From IMG/VR virus record IMGVR_UViG_3300046000_004279, positions 46,889 through 110,888 of that record: 64,000 bases of DNA; one strand, given 5' to 3'. The notes beneath the pieces were generated by a model. It was not told where the DNA came from. It did no database searches and saw nothing but the letters and a program-made list of their open reading frames with translations. Numbering within the stretch: the first letter of the stretch is position 1; each line of letters begins with the position of its first letter. Source of the stretch: a virus. Below, one piece after another: positions 1 to 7,232 of this stretch. The position numbers and the translations under genes were made by a program.

Positions 1-7
1 AAAACAG

Positions 8-316
8 ATGCTTTTAGATATTACACCGAACGCCAAAGAATATCTCACTAAGATGACTGAAGATAACGGTAAGCGATATGTTTACCTTAATGTCAAGGGC
101 GGTGGGTGCAGTGGGTTCAAATATGAATGGAACTTTACTGATGAAACCGACAAAGGTGCGTTGGTACAAGACATTCTTGTCTTGGATGCTATGGCTGAAA
201 TGTTTGTATTTGGTTGTACTGTGGATTACATTCGCGAGTTAGGCGGTAACTATCTCACAGTATTGAATCCTAACGCAAAAGCAAAATGTGGCTGCGGCGA
301 AAGCTTTGGCATATGA
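8..316 (+). CDS. iscA: IscA/HesB-family Fe-S cluster carrier (A-type)
   Basis: GGGCSGFKY and NPNA..CGCGESF motifs, 102 aa. Confidence 0.93.
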   Translation: MLLDITPNAKEYLTKMTEDNGKRYVYLNVKGGGCSGFKYEWNFTDETDKGALVQDILVLDAMAEMFVFGCTVDYIRELGGNYLTVLNPNAKAKCGCGESFGI

Positions 317-332
317 TTAGTGAAAATAACTG

Positions 333-361
333 TTGACATTTGGTTCAGAATAATGTATAAG
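333..361 (+). promoter_or_regulatory. sigma70-type promoter of the tRNA operon
   Basis: TTGACA(333-338)-17 nt-TATAAG(356-361) with an AT-rich upstream tract. Confidence 0.75.
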
Positions 362-382
362 TATACATGTAAGACGAATCAA

Positions 383-420
383 TGCTCTTTGAAAATTTAG
401 AAACAGAAGTGATTCTGTTT
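383..420 (+). promoter_or_regulatory. boxA-like antitermination element followed by a GNRA hairpin
   Basis: TGCTCTTTGAAA (383-394) versus rrn boxA TGCTCTTTAACA; AAACAGAA-GTGA-TTCTGTTT hairpin at 401-420. Confidence 0.55.
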
Positions 421-505
421 TCACATGCATCCTGTGAATGAGGGTAGGCCACCCAACACTTTGCGGACTACGCAGAAATGCTGGGGTGCATGTGAAAACA
501 GAGTT
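411..505 (+). ncRNA. structured RNA 1 (24-bp closing stem, two internal hairpins)
   Basis: 411-434 pairs with 482-505 (5 G-U pairs); internal GGGT-aggcc-ACCC and TGCG-gacta-CGCA hairpins. Confidence 0.6.
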
Positions 506-506
506 T

Positions 507-583
507 TGCGGGGTAGACTGGAGGTGGTTCCAGCACGGTCTCATAAGCCGAATACGTAGGTTCGATTCCTGCCCCCGCCACCA
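507..583 (+). tRNA. tRNA-Met(CAT), initiator-like
   Basis: Cloverleaf, loop CTCATAA, fMet-like acceptor GCGGGG/CCCCGC with 1:72 mismatch, encoded CCA. Confidence 0.9.
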
Positions 584-589
584 AAATAC

Positions 590-679
590 GGAGAGCTGGG
601 CGAGTGGTTTATGCCTGCAGTCTTGAAAACTGCCGAACGGTGAAACGTTCCGTGAGTTCGAATCTCACGCTCTCCGCCA
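590..679 (+). tRNA. tRNA-Ser(TGA)
   Basis: GCAGT-CTTGAAA-ACTGC anticodon arm, long variable arm, GCCA end. Confidence 0.95.
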
Positions 680-682
680 GAA

Positions 683-874
683 TTCGATGGACGGCGTAGT
701 TACACGGTCTTAGACGCCTCTCGTAGAAGCGCAACATCTAAGACGAGGTCGGGAGAGATGCTTCCCATATAGTCATACCCGCCCGTTTGGCGGTCCACTA
801 TATGGGGTATAAAGCTGATCATAACCTTGGGAACCCGTGCGCTGAAAAGGGGATGCATACCCGTTTCCATCGAA
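683..874 (+). ncRNA. structured RNA 2 (~190 nt, multibranch)
   Basis: Closing stem 683-694/861-874; arms 707-714/737-744 and 764-773/797-806. Confidence 0.6.
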
Positions 875-878
875 CTTT

Positions 879-984
879 ATACGGAGTCAGTAGTGTGTCG
901 GCTCGTTTTGAGGTTACAGATCTTATACCGTTGAAGGATAAGCACACCACTACTTCTGCGAAAGGCTTAGATCCCCTTTCGTAT
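879..984 (+). ncRNA. structured RNA 3 (~105 nt)
   Basis: Closing stem 879-885/978-984; AGTAGTG/CACTACT at 889-895/948-954; internal CTTAT..ATAAG hairpin. Confidence 0.45.
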
Positions 985-990
985 GAATTC

Positions 991-1063
991 GGGGCGGGTA
1001 ATGGGTTACGGGTGATCCTTGCAAGATTGCTGTCGTTGGGTTCGATTCCCAATTGCTCCACCA
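991..1063 (+). tRNA. tRNA-Ala(TGC) with atypical D-arm
   Basis: Loop CTTGCAA, G3-U70 pair, A73, TTCGATT T-loop, CCA. Confidence 0.8.
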
Positions 1064-1067
1064 AATT

Positions 1068-1141
1068 GGCCCATTGATGAAGTGGTATCATACCGGATTG
1101 TCTATCCGAGGTTGCGAGTTCGATTCTCGCATGGGTCGCCA
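1068..1141 (+). tRNA. tRNA-Asp(GTC)
   Basis: Loop TTGTCTA, G73, CCA, canonical T-arm. Confidence 0.9.
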
Positions 1142-1143
1142 AA

Positions 1144-1319
1144 CTTGGGGCTAGCCGCCCAAGACCAGTGTCAGAGAATTTCTTGTTACAACGCTGACAC
1201 TTTAATAAACTCTGGTATACAAGCGTGCCTGTCGACGATAATAGATGGGGGTTTTAGTTATATTCCACCCTTAAGAAATATGACGGGTAGTGATGCAACC
1301 TAGAAGGGGTGGCTCCCAG
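1144..1319 (+). ncRNA. structured RNA 4 (~175 nt)
   Basis: Closing stem 1145-1160/1307-1319; arm AGTGTCAG/CTGACACT at 1167-1174/1194-1201; arm GCCTGTCG/TGACGGGT. Confidence 0.55.
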
Positions 1320-1332
1320 CATCGTAAATTAC

Positions 1333-1406
1333 GGTCTGTTAGTTCAATGGTAGAACATCGTCTTTACACGGCGACTACGCGGGTTCGATTCCCCCACAGA
1401 CTACCA
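1333..1406 (+). tRNA. tRNA-Val(TAC)
   Basis: TCGTC-TTTACAC-GGCGA anticodon arm, ACCA end. Confidence 0.92.
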
Positions 1407-1412
1407 GATAAT

Positions 1413-1488
1413 GCCTTGGTGGTGAAATGGTAAACACACCGGTCTTAGAAACCGCAAGCTGAGAGTTCGAGTCTCTCCTGAGGCACCA
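1413..1488 (+). tRNA. tRNA-Leu(TAG), short variable loop
   Basis: Loop CTTAGAA, A73, CCA; variable region only about 5 nt. Confidence 0.9.
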
Positions 1489-1507
1489 ATAAATTTAGGA
1501 ATAGATA

Positions 1508-2641
1508 ATGAAGTCCAATGTGATACAAGATGAAATCACTGCTGAAATCAGCAAGATTTTTGACTATAAGTTTGACGGGACAACTGAGTTTGTTCCACCG
1601 TCAATTGGAATGATTGATAAAGAGACAACACTGAAAGACTTCAACATTGGCTTGATAGTCGGACCATCGGGATCTGGCAAGAGTACGATGTTAAAGGATT
1701 TCGGTGTTGAAGTCGATCCTCAATGGGATCCTGATCTCTGCGTTGCATCTCATTTTGAAAATGTGAAACAAGCACAAGAACGTTTAGGTGCAGTTGGGTT
1801 CAATAGTATTCCAAGTTGGCTTCGCCCTTATCATGTTTTGTCTAACGGTGAACAGTTTCGCGCTCGTTTGGCTCGTCAACTAGATAACAATGTAGTGGTG
1901 GATGAGTTCACTTCTGTCATTGATCGTGATGTTGCTAAGAGTTGTTCAAATGCAATTCATCGTTACATCCATGCAAATGGTTTGAAGAACATCGTCTTTT
2001 CATCCTGTCATTATGACATTATTGAGTGGTTACGTCCAGATTGGGTATTTGATACTCAAACTGGTAAATTGACCACAAGGAGGTTTGAAAGGCCAGCCAT
2101 CGTTTTGGAAATCCTACCTTGTTCCACCAAAGCTTGGTCATTGTTCAGCGACCATCACTATCTTGACGGGGACATCAATAAAAGTTCACGATCTTGGATC
2201 GTCACGTGGAACAACCGACCTGTCGGCTTTCTTTCAAGTTTAGCGATGCCTAGTGGTAGTCTTAAGAACGCTTGGAGAGGTCACAGAACTGTCGTTCTAC
2301 CTGAGTTTCAAGGTTTGGGTATTGGTGCTAGAATGACCGAAGCTTTAGGTGAGATGCACATCAGAGAAGGCAAAAGGTTCTTCACAAAGACCGCACATCC
2401 GCGCTTAGGTGAGTATCGTAATGCGTCTGACCTTTGGAGATCGACAAGTAAAAACGGGATCTTGAGAAACGACTACAAACACATATCAACTGATGGTTTA
2501 CCAAACCCTCGTGGCGCTGGTTACAGTCGTAAGTTTACAAAAGAATATCTGGCTAAACACGCTGACAGAGTGTGTTACAGTCACGAATACATAGGAAATA
2601 CAACGGATCGTGGGCTGGATGGTAAAGCAGCAGTTTGCTAA
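1508..2641 (+). CDS. ABC-type ATPase fused to a GNAT/Mom-like acetyltransferase
   Basis: Walker A GPSGSGKS, signature LSNGEQ, Walker B VVVDEF; C-terminal VVLPEFQGLGIG acetyl-CoA motif. Confidence 0.85.
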   Translation: MKSNVIQDEITAEISKIFDYKFDGTTEFVPPSIGMIDKETTLKDFNIGLIVGPSGSGKSTMLKDFGVEVDPQWDPDLCVASHFENVKQAQERLGAVGFNSIPSWLRPYHVLSNGEQFRARLARQLDNNVVVDEFTSVIDRDVAKSCSNAIHRYIHANGLKNIVFSSCHYDIIEWLRPDWVFDTQTGKLTTRRFERPAIVLEILPCSTKAWSLFSDHHYLDGDINKSSRSWIVTWNNRPVGFLSSLAMPSGSLKNAWRGHRTVVLPEFQGLGIGARMTEALGEMHIREGKRFFTKTAHPRLGEYRNASDLWRSTSKNGILRNDYKHISTDGLPNPRGAGYSRKFTKEYLAKHADRVCYSHEYIGNTTDRGLDGKAAVC

Positions 2642-2692
2642 ACTGTACTACCTGTAAGGGTAGAGTGGGTTCGATTCCCACACGATCCGCCA
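2605..2692 (+). tRNA. tRNA-Ser(GCT), overlapping the 3' end of the upstream CDS
   Basis: GGATCGT/ACGATCC acceptor, loop TTGCTAA, long variable arm, GCCA. Confidence 0.93.
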
Positions 2693-2700
2693 TATAAATA
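2693..2700 (+). promoter_or_regulatory. T4-type late promoter
   Basis: Exact TATAAATA. Confidence 0.6.
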
Positions 2701-2705
2701 ATCTC

Positions 2706-2858
2706 ATGTTCAAAAAGATTTGGTCCATTCTCTTGCCATTGACTGTCATAGTTAACTTTGGTTTAGCTATCAGTAACTTAATATCCACTAGATCAAACCA
2801 TTTTATGTTGATCGACCTATTGACTTTACATCAATCAAGCACTATATTAAGTAAGTAG
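2706..2858 (+). CDS. small membrane protein (50 aa, not in ORF track)
   Basis: MFKKIWSILLPLTVIVNFGLAISNLIST..., hydrophobic N-terminus, 5 nt after TATAAATA. Confidence 0.4.
   Translation: MFKKIWSILLPLTVIVNFGLAISNLISTRSNHFMLIDLLTLHQSSTILSK
2820..2848 (+). promoter_or_regulatory. sigma70-type early promoter
   Basis: TTGACT-17-TATATT; shares GCAC-TATATT with the promoter at 3414. Confidence 0.75.
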
Positions 2859-2868
2859 AGACAGAGAG

Positions 2869-3399
2869 ATGACCATGACAAACTTCAATTCTTTTGTGAC
2901 AAACTTTTCGGAGAGTGCATCGATTGAAAAATCTATGCAAGAAAAGATCTCCAAGGCATTTGCCGAATTGAATGCTAAGTTGATCAAATCTGATCAAGAG
3001 TGGGCCAAGAAAAAGATCGAAGGGTTCCAAGACCACATGAAAAAATGGGATGCAGATCACACCAAATACGCCGATTACAAACTTCGTGGTCCTGAAGTTA
3101 TCAAATATTGGGGCAGTGAAGCGATGATGAAACTGATTGCGAGTCGTGGTCTTCAAGGCGGTCTTGATAACATGATGAAAAACACTCATGCTCTTATCGC
3201 AAAAAGAGACAATCAGATTGTCGCGGCTCTACGTAAGAATAAGATCGACGGCATTCCCGATTTTGAACTGAAACACAATAGTGATGGTTACGAAGGCAGT
3301 TTCAAAGTTGGTGATCACAATGTTAACATCCGCACAATCGTTGCTGGTGGGTACAACATTCAAAGAATGCACATGCGAACGTTAATAAAAGTACAGTAA
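2869..3399 (+). CDS. hypothetical early protein
   Basis: 176-aa ORF directly after a promoter and purine-rich RBS. Confidence 0.75.
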   Translation: MTMTNFNSFVTNFSESASIEKSMQEKISKAFAELNAKLIKSDQEWAKKKIEGFQDHMKKWDADHTKYADYKLRGPEVIKYWGSEAMMKLIASRGLQGGLDNMMKNTHALIAKRDNQIVAALRKNKIDGIPDFELKHNSDGYEGSFKVGDHNVNIRTIVAGGYNIQRMHMRTLIKVQ

Positions 3400-3413
3400 A
3401 GCTAAAATAACTC

Positions 3414-3442
3414 TTGACTCTTGCTTAGAGATGCACTATATT
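3414..3442 (+). promoter_or_regulatory. sigma70-type early promoter
   Basis: TTGACT-17-TATATT followed by RBS GAGG. Confidence 0.75.
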
Positions 3443-3467
3443 GATACTGTAGTAAAGAGGAAAACAC

Positions 3468-3878
3468 ATGTACACGTTCGACGAATCAATTGTTTCTGAT
3501 CTGCACAAAGACACTTACGGCTTCCGCCCTGACAGTGCTTTCTGGTCTAACTGGAATGTCTCCTCAGATGCTGGCAAACAGTACATCTGGGATTGTCTGC
3601 TCGAAGCTTTCGCCCACACCATTGAGATTAATGCTAACGAGGATATCGCTGCGATCAATGCTTTCGAGCTTGAGATTGCAAACACGATTGATCTTGGTGC
3701 TACTTCGCGTGAAGTCGCTATTCGTTGGATCATTGAGTCGATGGGTCTGACTGAGACCGATTTGGTGTACGGTGGCAGTTATGTCTGTTTCTTGAAGAAA
3801 CTACCGTATTCAATGGCTCCGTTGTTTGATAACGCGATTCGTGATCTTGAAAGTAACTTCATCAAAGAGGATGCATAA
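3468..3878 (+). CDS. hypothetical early protein
   Basis: RBS; N-terminal SDLHKDTYGFRP motif recalls small phage proteins. Confidence 0.75.
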   Translation: MYTFDESIVSDLHKDTYGFRPDSAFWSNWNVSSDAGKQYIWDCLLEAFAHTIEINANEDIAAINAFELEIANTIDLGATSREVAIRWIIESMGLTETDLVYGGSYVCFLKKLPYSMAPLFDNAIRDLESNFIKEDA

Positions 3879-4096
3879 TGTTGGAAACTATCTCTGCGGG
3901 TGAACTGTGTATGGGCATTCTTGAATCAGAATTCCATCGCCCGTTGATCAATGGTAAAGCGAATCGTGAGAACATTGAAGATGCAATCACGATTGGCATG
4001 ATGGAAAAGAAACTTGGGTATGTGTCGCAAGAGACTGTTGACATTGCAATTGCTTTGGTCAACGATTTGCTAGCCCTACATAATGTAAAAGAATAA
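3878..4096 (+). CDS. hypothetical protein
   Basis: TAATG coupling, RBS GAGG. Confidence 0.7.
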   Translation: MLETISAGELCMGILESEFHRPLINGKANRENIEDAITIGMMEKKLGYVSQETVDIAIALVNDLLALHNVKE

Positions 4097-4100
4097 CCGT

Positions 4101-4176
4101 TTCCAGTTAGCTCAGTTGGTAGAGCATCTGACTGTTAATCAGAGGGTCGCTGGTTCGAGCCCAGCACTGGGAGCCA
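4101..4176 (+). tRNA. tRNA-Asn(GTT)
   Basis: Canonical cloverleaf, loop CTGTTAA, GCCA. Confidence 0.96.
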
Positions 4177-4183
4177 AATATAT

Positions 4184-4258
4184 CAGGGTGTAGCTCAGTG
4201 GTAGAGTGCTTCACTTGGAATGAAGAAGTCGCAAGTTCAATCCTTGTCACCCTGACCA
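4184..4258 (+). tRNA. tRNA-Pro(TGG)
   Basis: C1-G72, loop CTTGGAA, ACCA. Confidence 0.95.
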
Positions 4259-4280
4259 AATATACGTCAACACTATTGGT

Positions 4281-5405
4281 ATGAATAAAATGATTTTGAA
4301 TCCAAACGATGCTTTGTATGCATATGGTAAAATAAACGAAGCGTATGGTTCTATCAATCGTATTGACGATTATTTTAGAATGAAGAAACTTGAACGGATC
4401 AAACACCTTCCTACGCCCTTGTTTGGGTTTTCGATGGAAGATGAGATGTTTCAATCATACGATATGTCTCCTGATGATATGAATTTCAAAGTTGTTCAAC
4501 TGAAAAATCAAACCTTCAATACTTTGTTGGAGATGACGGCTTCATTCACTTATGAAGACGCCCCTGGTAAAGAACTAAAGCTTGCAATTCAAGAAACCAC
4601 AACTGGTAAGTATGTTGGGTTTATCAAGTTAGGATCTCCTCTAATCAACTCCAAACCAAGAAACGATTACTTAGGTGATGTTCCTGAGTTCTCTCGTTTC
4701 AACAAACATGCAATTATGGGGTTTATCATTGTTCCTGTTCAACCGTTTGGGTATAACTATCTCGGCGGTAAACTACTCAGCCTTATCTGTGCAAGTCACG
4801 AGATACGTGAGATGATAAACAAAAAATACAATTGTAATATCTGTTTGTTTGAAACTACTTCACTGTATGGCAATATCAAAGGAACATCTCAGTATGATGG
4901 TCTCAAGCCCTACTTGCGGTATCTTGGCGATACACAGTCTAAGTTTCTGTTAACTCTTCCTGATTCTATATACCATGATCTATACAAGTGGTTCAAAGAT
5001 AAAAACAATGGTGAAGAACTGATTCACAAAGGTGCGTCTAGCAGAAAACTAAAAATTCAGACTAAGATGATTTCAATCATTAAACACTCTTTGAAAGAAC
5101 ATCATCCAGATAAGTATACAGAGTTTGTGGAGTTTATCAAAAATCGTGAAGAAGTCACAACTCAAAAAAGGTTCTACATGTCTGACTATGGGTTCTCAAA
5201 CGTAAAAGATGTTTTGACTGGAAAGACTGATACATTGGTCCCGAATCCAGAGAACTATGACAAGTTCTATCTTGATAATCTTATAAAGTGGTGGAAGAAC
5301 AAAGCTACAAACAGATTTAACCGATTGAAAGAAACGGATTGTTTGCGTACCAATCTTGAGGTTTGGAACGAGGATACGATCAACACGATTGATATTATCA
5401 GATAA
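4281..5405 (+). CDS. DUF4338/DruA-like protein (Mom/GNAT-related fold)
   Basis: IVPVQPFGYNYLGGKLL and ETTSLYG...SQYDG motifs. Confidence 0.65.
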   Translation: MNKMILNPNDALYAYGKINEAYGSINRIDDYFRMKKLERIKHLPTPLFGFSMEDEMFQSYDMSPDDMNFKVVQLKNQTFNTLLEMTASFTYEDAPGKELKLAIQETTTGKYVGFIKLGSPLINSKPRNDYLGDVPEFSRFNKHAIMGFIIVPVQPFGYNYLGGKLLSLICASHEIREMINKKYNCNICLFETTSLYGNIKGTSQYDGLKPYLRYLGDTQSKFLLTLPDSIYHDLYKWFKDKNNGEELIHKGASSRKLKIQTKMISIIKHSLKEHHPDKYTEFVEFIKNREEVTTQKRFYMSDYGFSNVKDVLTGKTDTLVPNPENYDKFYLDNLIKWWKNKATNRFNRLKETDCLRTNLEVWNEDTINTIDIIR

Positions 5406-5426
5406 ACTATACTATATAATCATATT

Positions 5427-5501
5427 GCGGGAGTAGCTCAGTGGTAGAGCGCTATCCTTCCAAGTTAGATGTCGTGGGTTCGACCCCCATCTCCCGCTCC
5501 A
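5427..5501 (+). tRNA. tRNA-Gly(TCC)
   Basis: GCGGGAG/CTCCCGC acceptor, loop CTTCCAA, U73, CCA. Confidence 0.95.
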
Positions 5502-5506
5502 ATTTC

Positions 5507-5582
5507 GCTTCCTAAGCATTGCTGGCGATGCAACGGTTTTGTAGTCCGAAGATAGAGTGTTCGATTCACTCAGGAAGCACCA
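5507..5582 (+). tRNA. tRNA-Thr(TGT)
   Basis: G1-C72/C2-G71, loop TTTGTAG, short variable loop, ACCA; weak anticodon stem. Confidence 0.8.
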
Positions 5583-5603
5583 TTTTACATTATAGGAGTT
5601 ACA

Positions 5604-5966
5604 ATGGCATACTGGGGTTATCACGCGATCTTCGATTGCGCTGCTTGTGATATTGGTCTTATCACTAGCGAGAAAAATGTTTACAATTTCATTAAAGAAC
5701 TTGTCCCTGCGATTGATATGGTAGCCTACGGTGAGCCAATGATCAAACACTTTGCTACTCACGCTATCGACAAAGCTGGTATCAGCTTCTGTCAGATGAT
5801 TGAGACTAGCAGCATTACTGGGCACCTTGTTGATGCAAACGGTGATGCATATATTGACATCTTCTCTTGTAAGCCAGTTGATATTGGCATTGCTCAAGAT
5901 GTTATCACTAAGTATTTCAAGCCATCTAAAGTTCGAGTTAATTTCCTCACTCGCAGTGCTGGATAA
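5604..5966 (+). CDS. speD: S-adenosylmethionine decarboxylase proenzyme
   Basis: G.H...D N-terminus, IETSSITGH self-cleavage region, AYIDIFSC; strong RBS. Confidence 0.88.
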   Translation: MAYWGYHAIFDCAACDIGLITSEKNVYNFIKELVPAIDMVAYGEPMIKHFATHAIDKAGISFCQMIETSSITGHLVDANGDAYIDIFSCKPVDIGIAQDVITKYFKPSKVRVNFLTRSAG

Positions 5967-5987
5967 TCATACAATTTAGTATTAACG

Positions 5988-6010
5988 CCCCGTAGCTTAT
6001 GGCTACGGGG
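5988..6010 (+). terminator. GC-rich hairpin after speD (terminator or processing stem)
   Basis: CCCCGTAGC-ttatg-GCTACGGGG; poor U-tract. Confidence 0.5.
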
Positions 6011-6034
6011 TTGAACTCGTTTATAAGTAGCAGT

Positions 6035-6847
6035 ATGACAAGAACAACACCTTTACCATTCTATCGACCTGAAGATCCATTCTTCTTATATCATGATCTG
6101 TATCCAACAAATCAGGTAAAGCTGTGGTTGGATATTTCAACACATTGCAATGCAAAATGCCCACAATGTCACAGAACAGATGCTAATGGATTAGGTAAAT
6201 CCGATTGGTTACCTGTTGTGCAGTGGTCTTTTGAACAATTCAAGTTTGCATTTCCTCCCAAGACTCTACAGATGTTCAAAGAGATTCAGATCTGCGGTAC
6301 GTGGGGTGATCCTATGATGAACAAAGACATCTATGAGATCATGGAATACATTATGGATAACAGCCGAGGAATCCACGTACTGTTGAACACCAATGGCAGT
6401 ATTCGTGACGAAGAGTGGTGGTGGAAGTTCGGCACAAAGGTCCGTAACCGTTGCACAGTGTTCTGGGCAATTGAGGGGATCACCAACGAACAACATGCAA
6501 TGTATCGTCAGAACACCGACCTTGATAAGGTTCTACGCAACATGGAATCGTTCTCTGCTGCTGGTGGCATAAGCGAAGTATTTACAGTTGTGTTTAAGCA
6601 CAATGAGAAAGATATGTACAACATCGCCAAGGTTAGCAAAGACCTCGGTGCAAGGCAGATCATGTTTGTTCAGTCAAATAGGTTCTACAGACATTCTAAG
6701 TTTGACTTTGTTGATGATCAAGGTGTTGAACAGTCACTATATAGAGCAGAACTACCACCCAACAAAGAGTTCTATTGGAAATCGTGGGATTTGAATAACC
6801 CTGTTGCTATGGAGATTATAAAGAATGAAGCCAGTCGAACGCAATAA
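6035..6847 (+). CDS. radical SAM protein (no SPASM domain); start likely 6035
   Basis: CNAKCPQC motif, CGTWGDP in place of GGEP, NTNG; the track's ATG at 5999 lies in the hairpin loop; TATAAGTA at 6022-6029. Confidence 0.88.
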   Translation: MTRTTPLPFYRPEDPFFLYHDLYPTNQVKLWLDISTHCNAKCPQCHRTDANGLGKSDWLPVVQWSFEQFKFAFPPKTLQMFKEIQICGTWGDPMMNKDIYEIMEYIMDNSRGIHVLLNTNGSIRDEEWWWKFGTKVRNRCTVFWAIEGITNEQHAMYRQNTDLDKVLRNMESFSAAGGISEVFTVVFKHNEKDMYNIAKVSKDLGARQIMFVQSNRFYRHSKFDFVDDQGVEQSLYRAELPPNKEFYWKSWDLNNPVAMEIIKNEASRTQ

Positions 6848-7232
6848 GTGTGGGGTTGTTTGCGAATGGATGCAGACTGGTCGCATCTTAATTAATCCTG
6901 ATGGGCAAGTGTTACCTTGCTGTTACCTAGCAAATGTGATGTACATGGTTAACAAGCTAGGCACACCCGAGCAGGTGTTGGCTAATAAGAACAATCTAAC
7001 AGACCAGATTGGCCAACGCAACCTGATCCAAAAAGAGTTCTATGAAGAGCCAGTGTTGGTTGAGTATCTTGAGAACAAAGAAAAGTACAGCGTGTTTCAC
7101 ACACCATTCGAAGAAATCATTAATAGTGATTGGTTTACTAAAACATTACCACAATCTTGGGATGATTCTGATAGATTGGTATTACAGTGTGCACAACACT
7201 GTGGAACGGTAAAGCATCGTGGCAGAAAGTAA
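6825..7232 (+). CDS. stand-alone SPASM/twitch Fe-S domain protein
   Basis: C..W...ILINPDGQVLPCC ... CAQHC. Confidence 0.8.
   Translation: MKPVERNKCGVVCEWMQTGRILINPDGQVLPCCYLANVMYMVNKLGTPEQVLANKNNLTDQIGQRNLIQKEFYEEPVLVEYLENKEKYSVFHTPFEEIINSDWFTKTLPQSWDDSDRLVLQCAQHCGTVKHRGRK

Noticed and set aside
432-482. Hammerhead or HDV-like ribozyme in RNA 1
   Set aside because: The CUGAUGA and GAAA core elements are not correctly arranged and I could not build the nested pseudoknot.
829-868. Resemblance to group II intron domain V (GAACCCGTGCGCTGAAAAGG..GCAT)
   Set aside because: No proper AGC/CGC triad helix, weak pairing and no other intron domains.
991-1063. Reading as tRNA-Cys(GCA) or as tmRNA
   Set aside because: The 7-nt loop register gives TGC with G3-U70, and there is no tag reading frame.
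317-1303. Track ORFs at 317-544, 438-626, 787-1077, 819-1142 and 1019-1303
   Set aside because: They overlap tRNAs and structured RNAs and show no RBS or protein motifs.
4281-5405. Druantia defence system
   Set aside because: Only a DruA/DUF4338-like gene is present; no DruE helicase or other partners.
5507-5582. Reading as tRNA-Tyr(GTA)
   Set aside because: Loop register gives TGT; the short variable loop and C2-G71 fit Thr.
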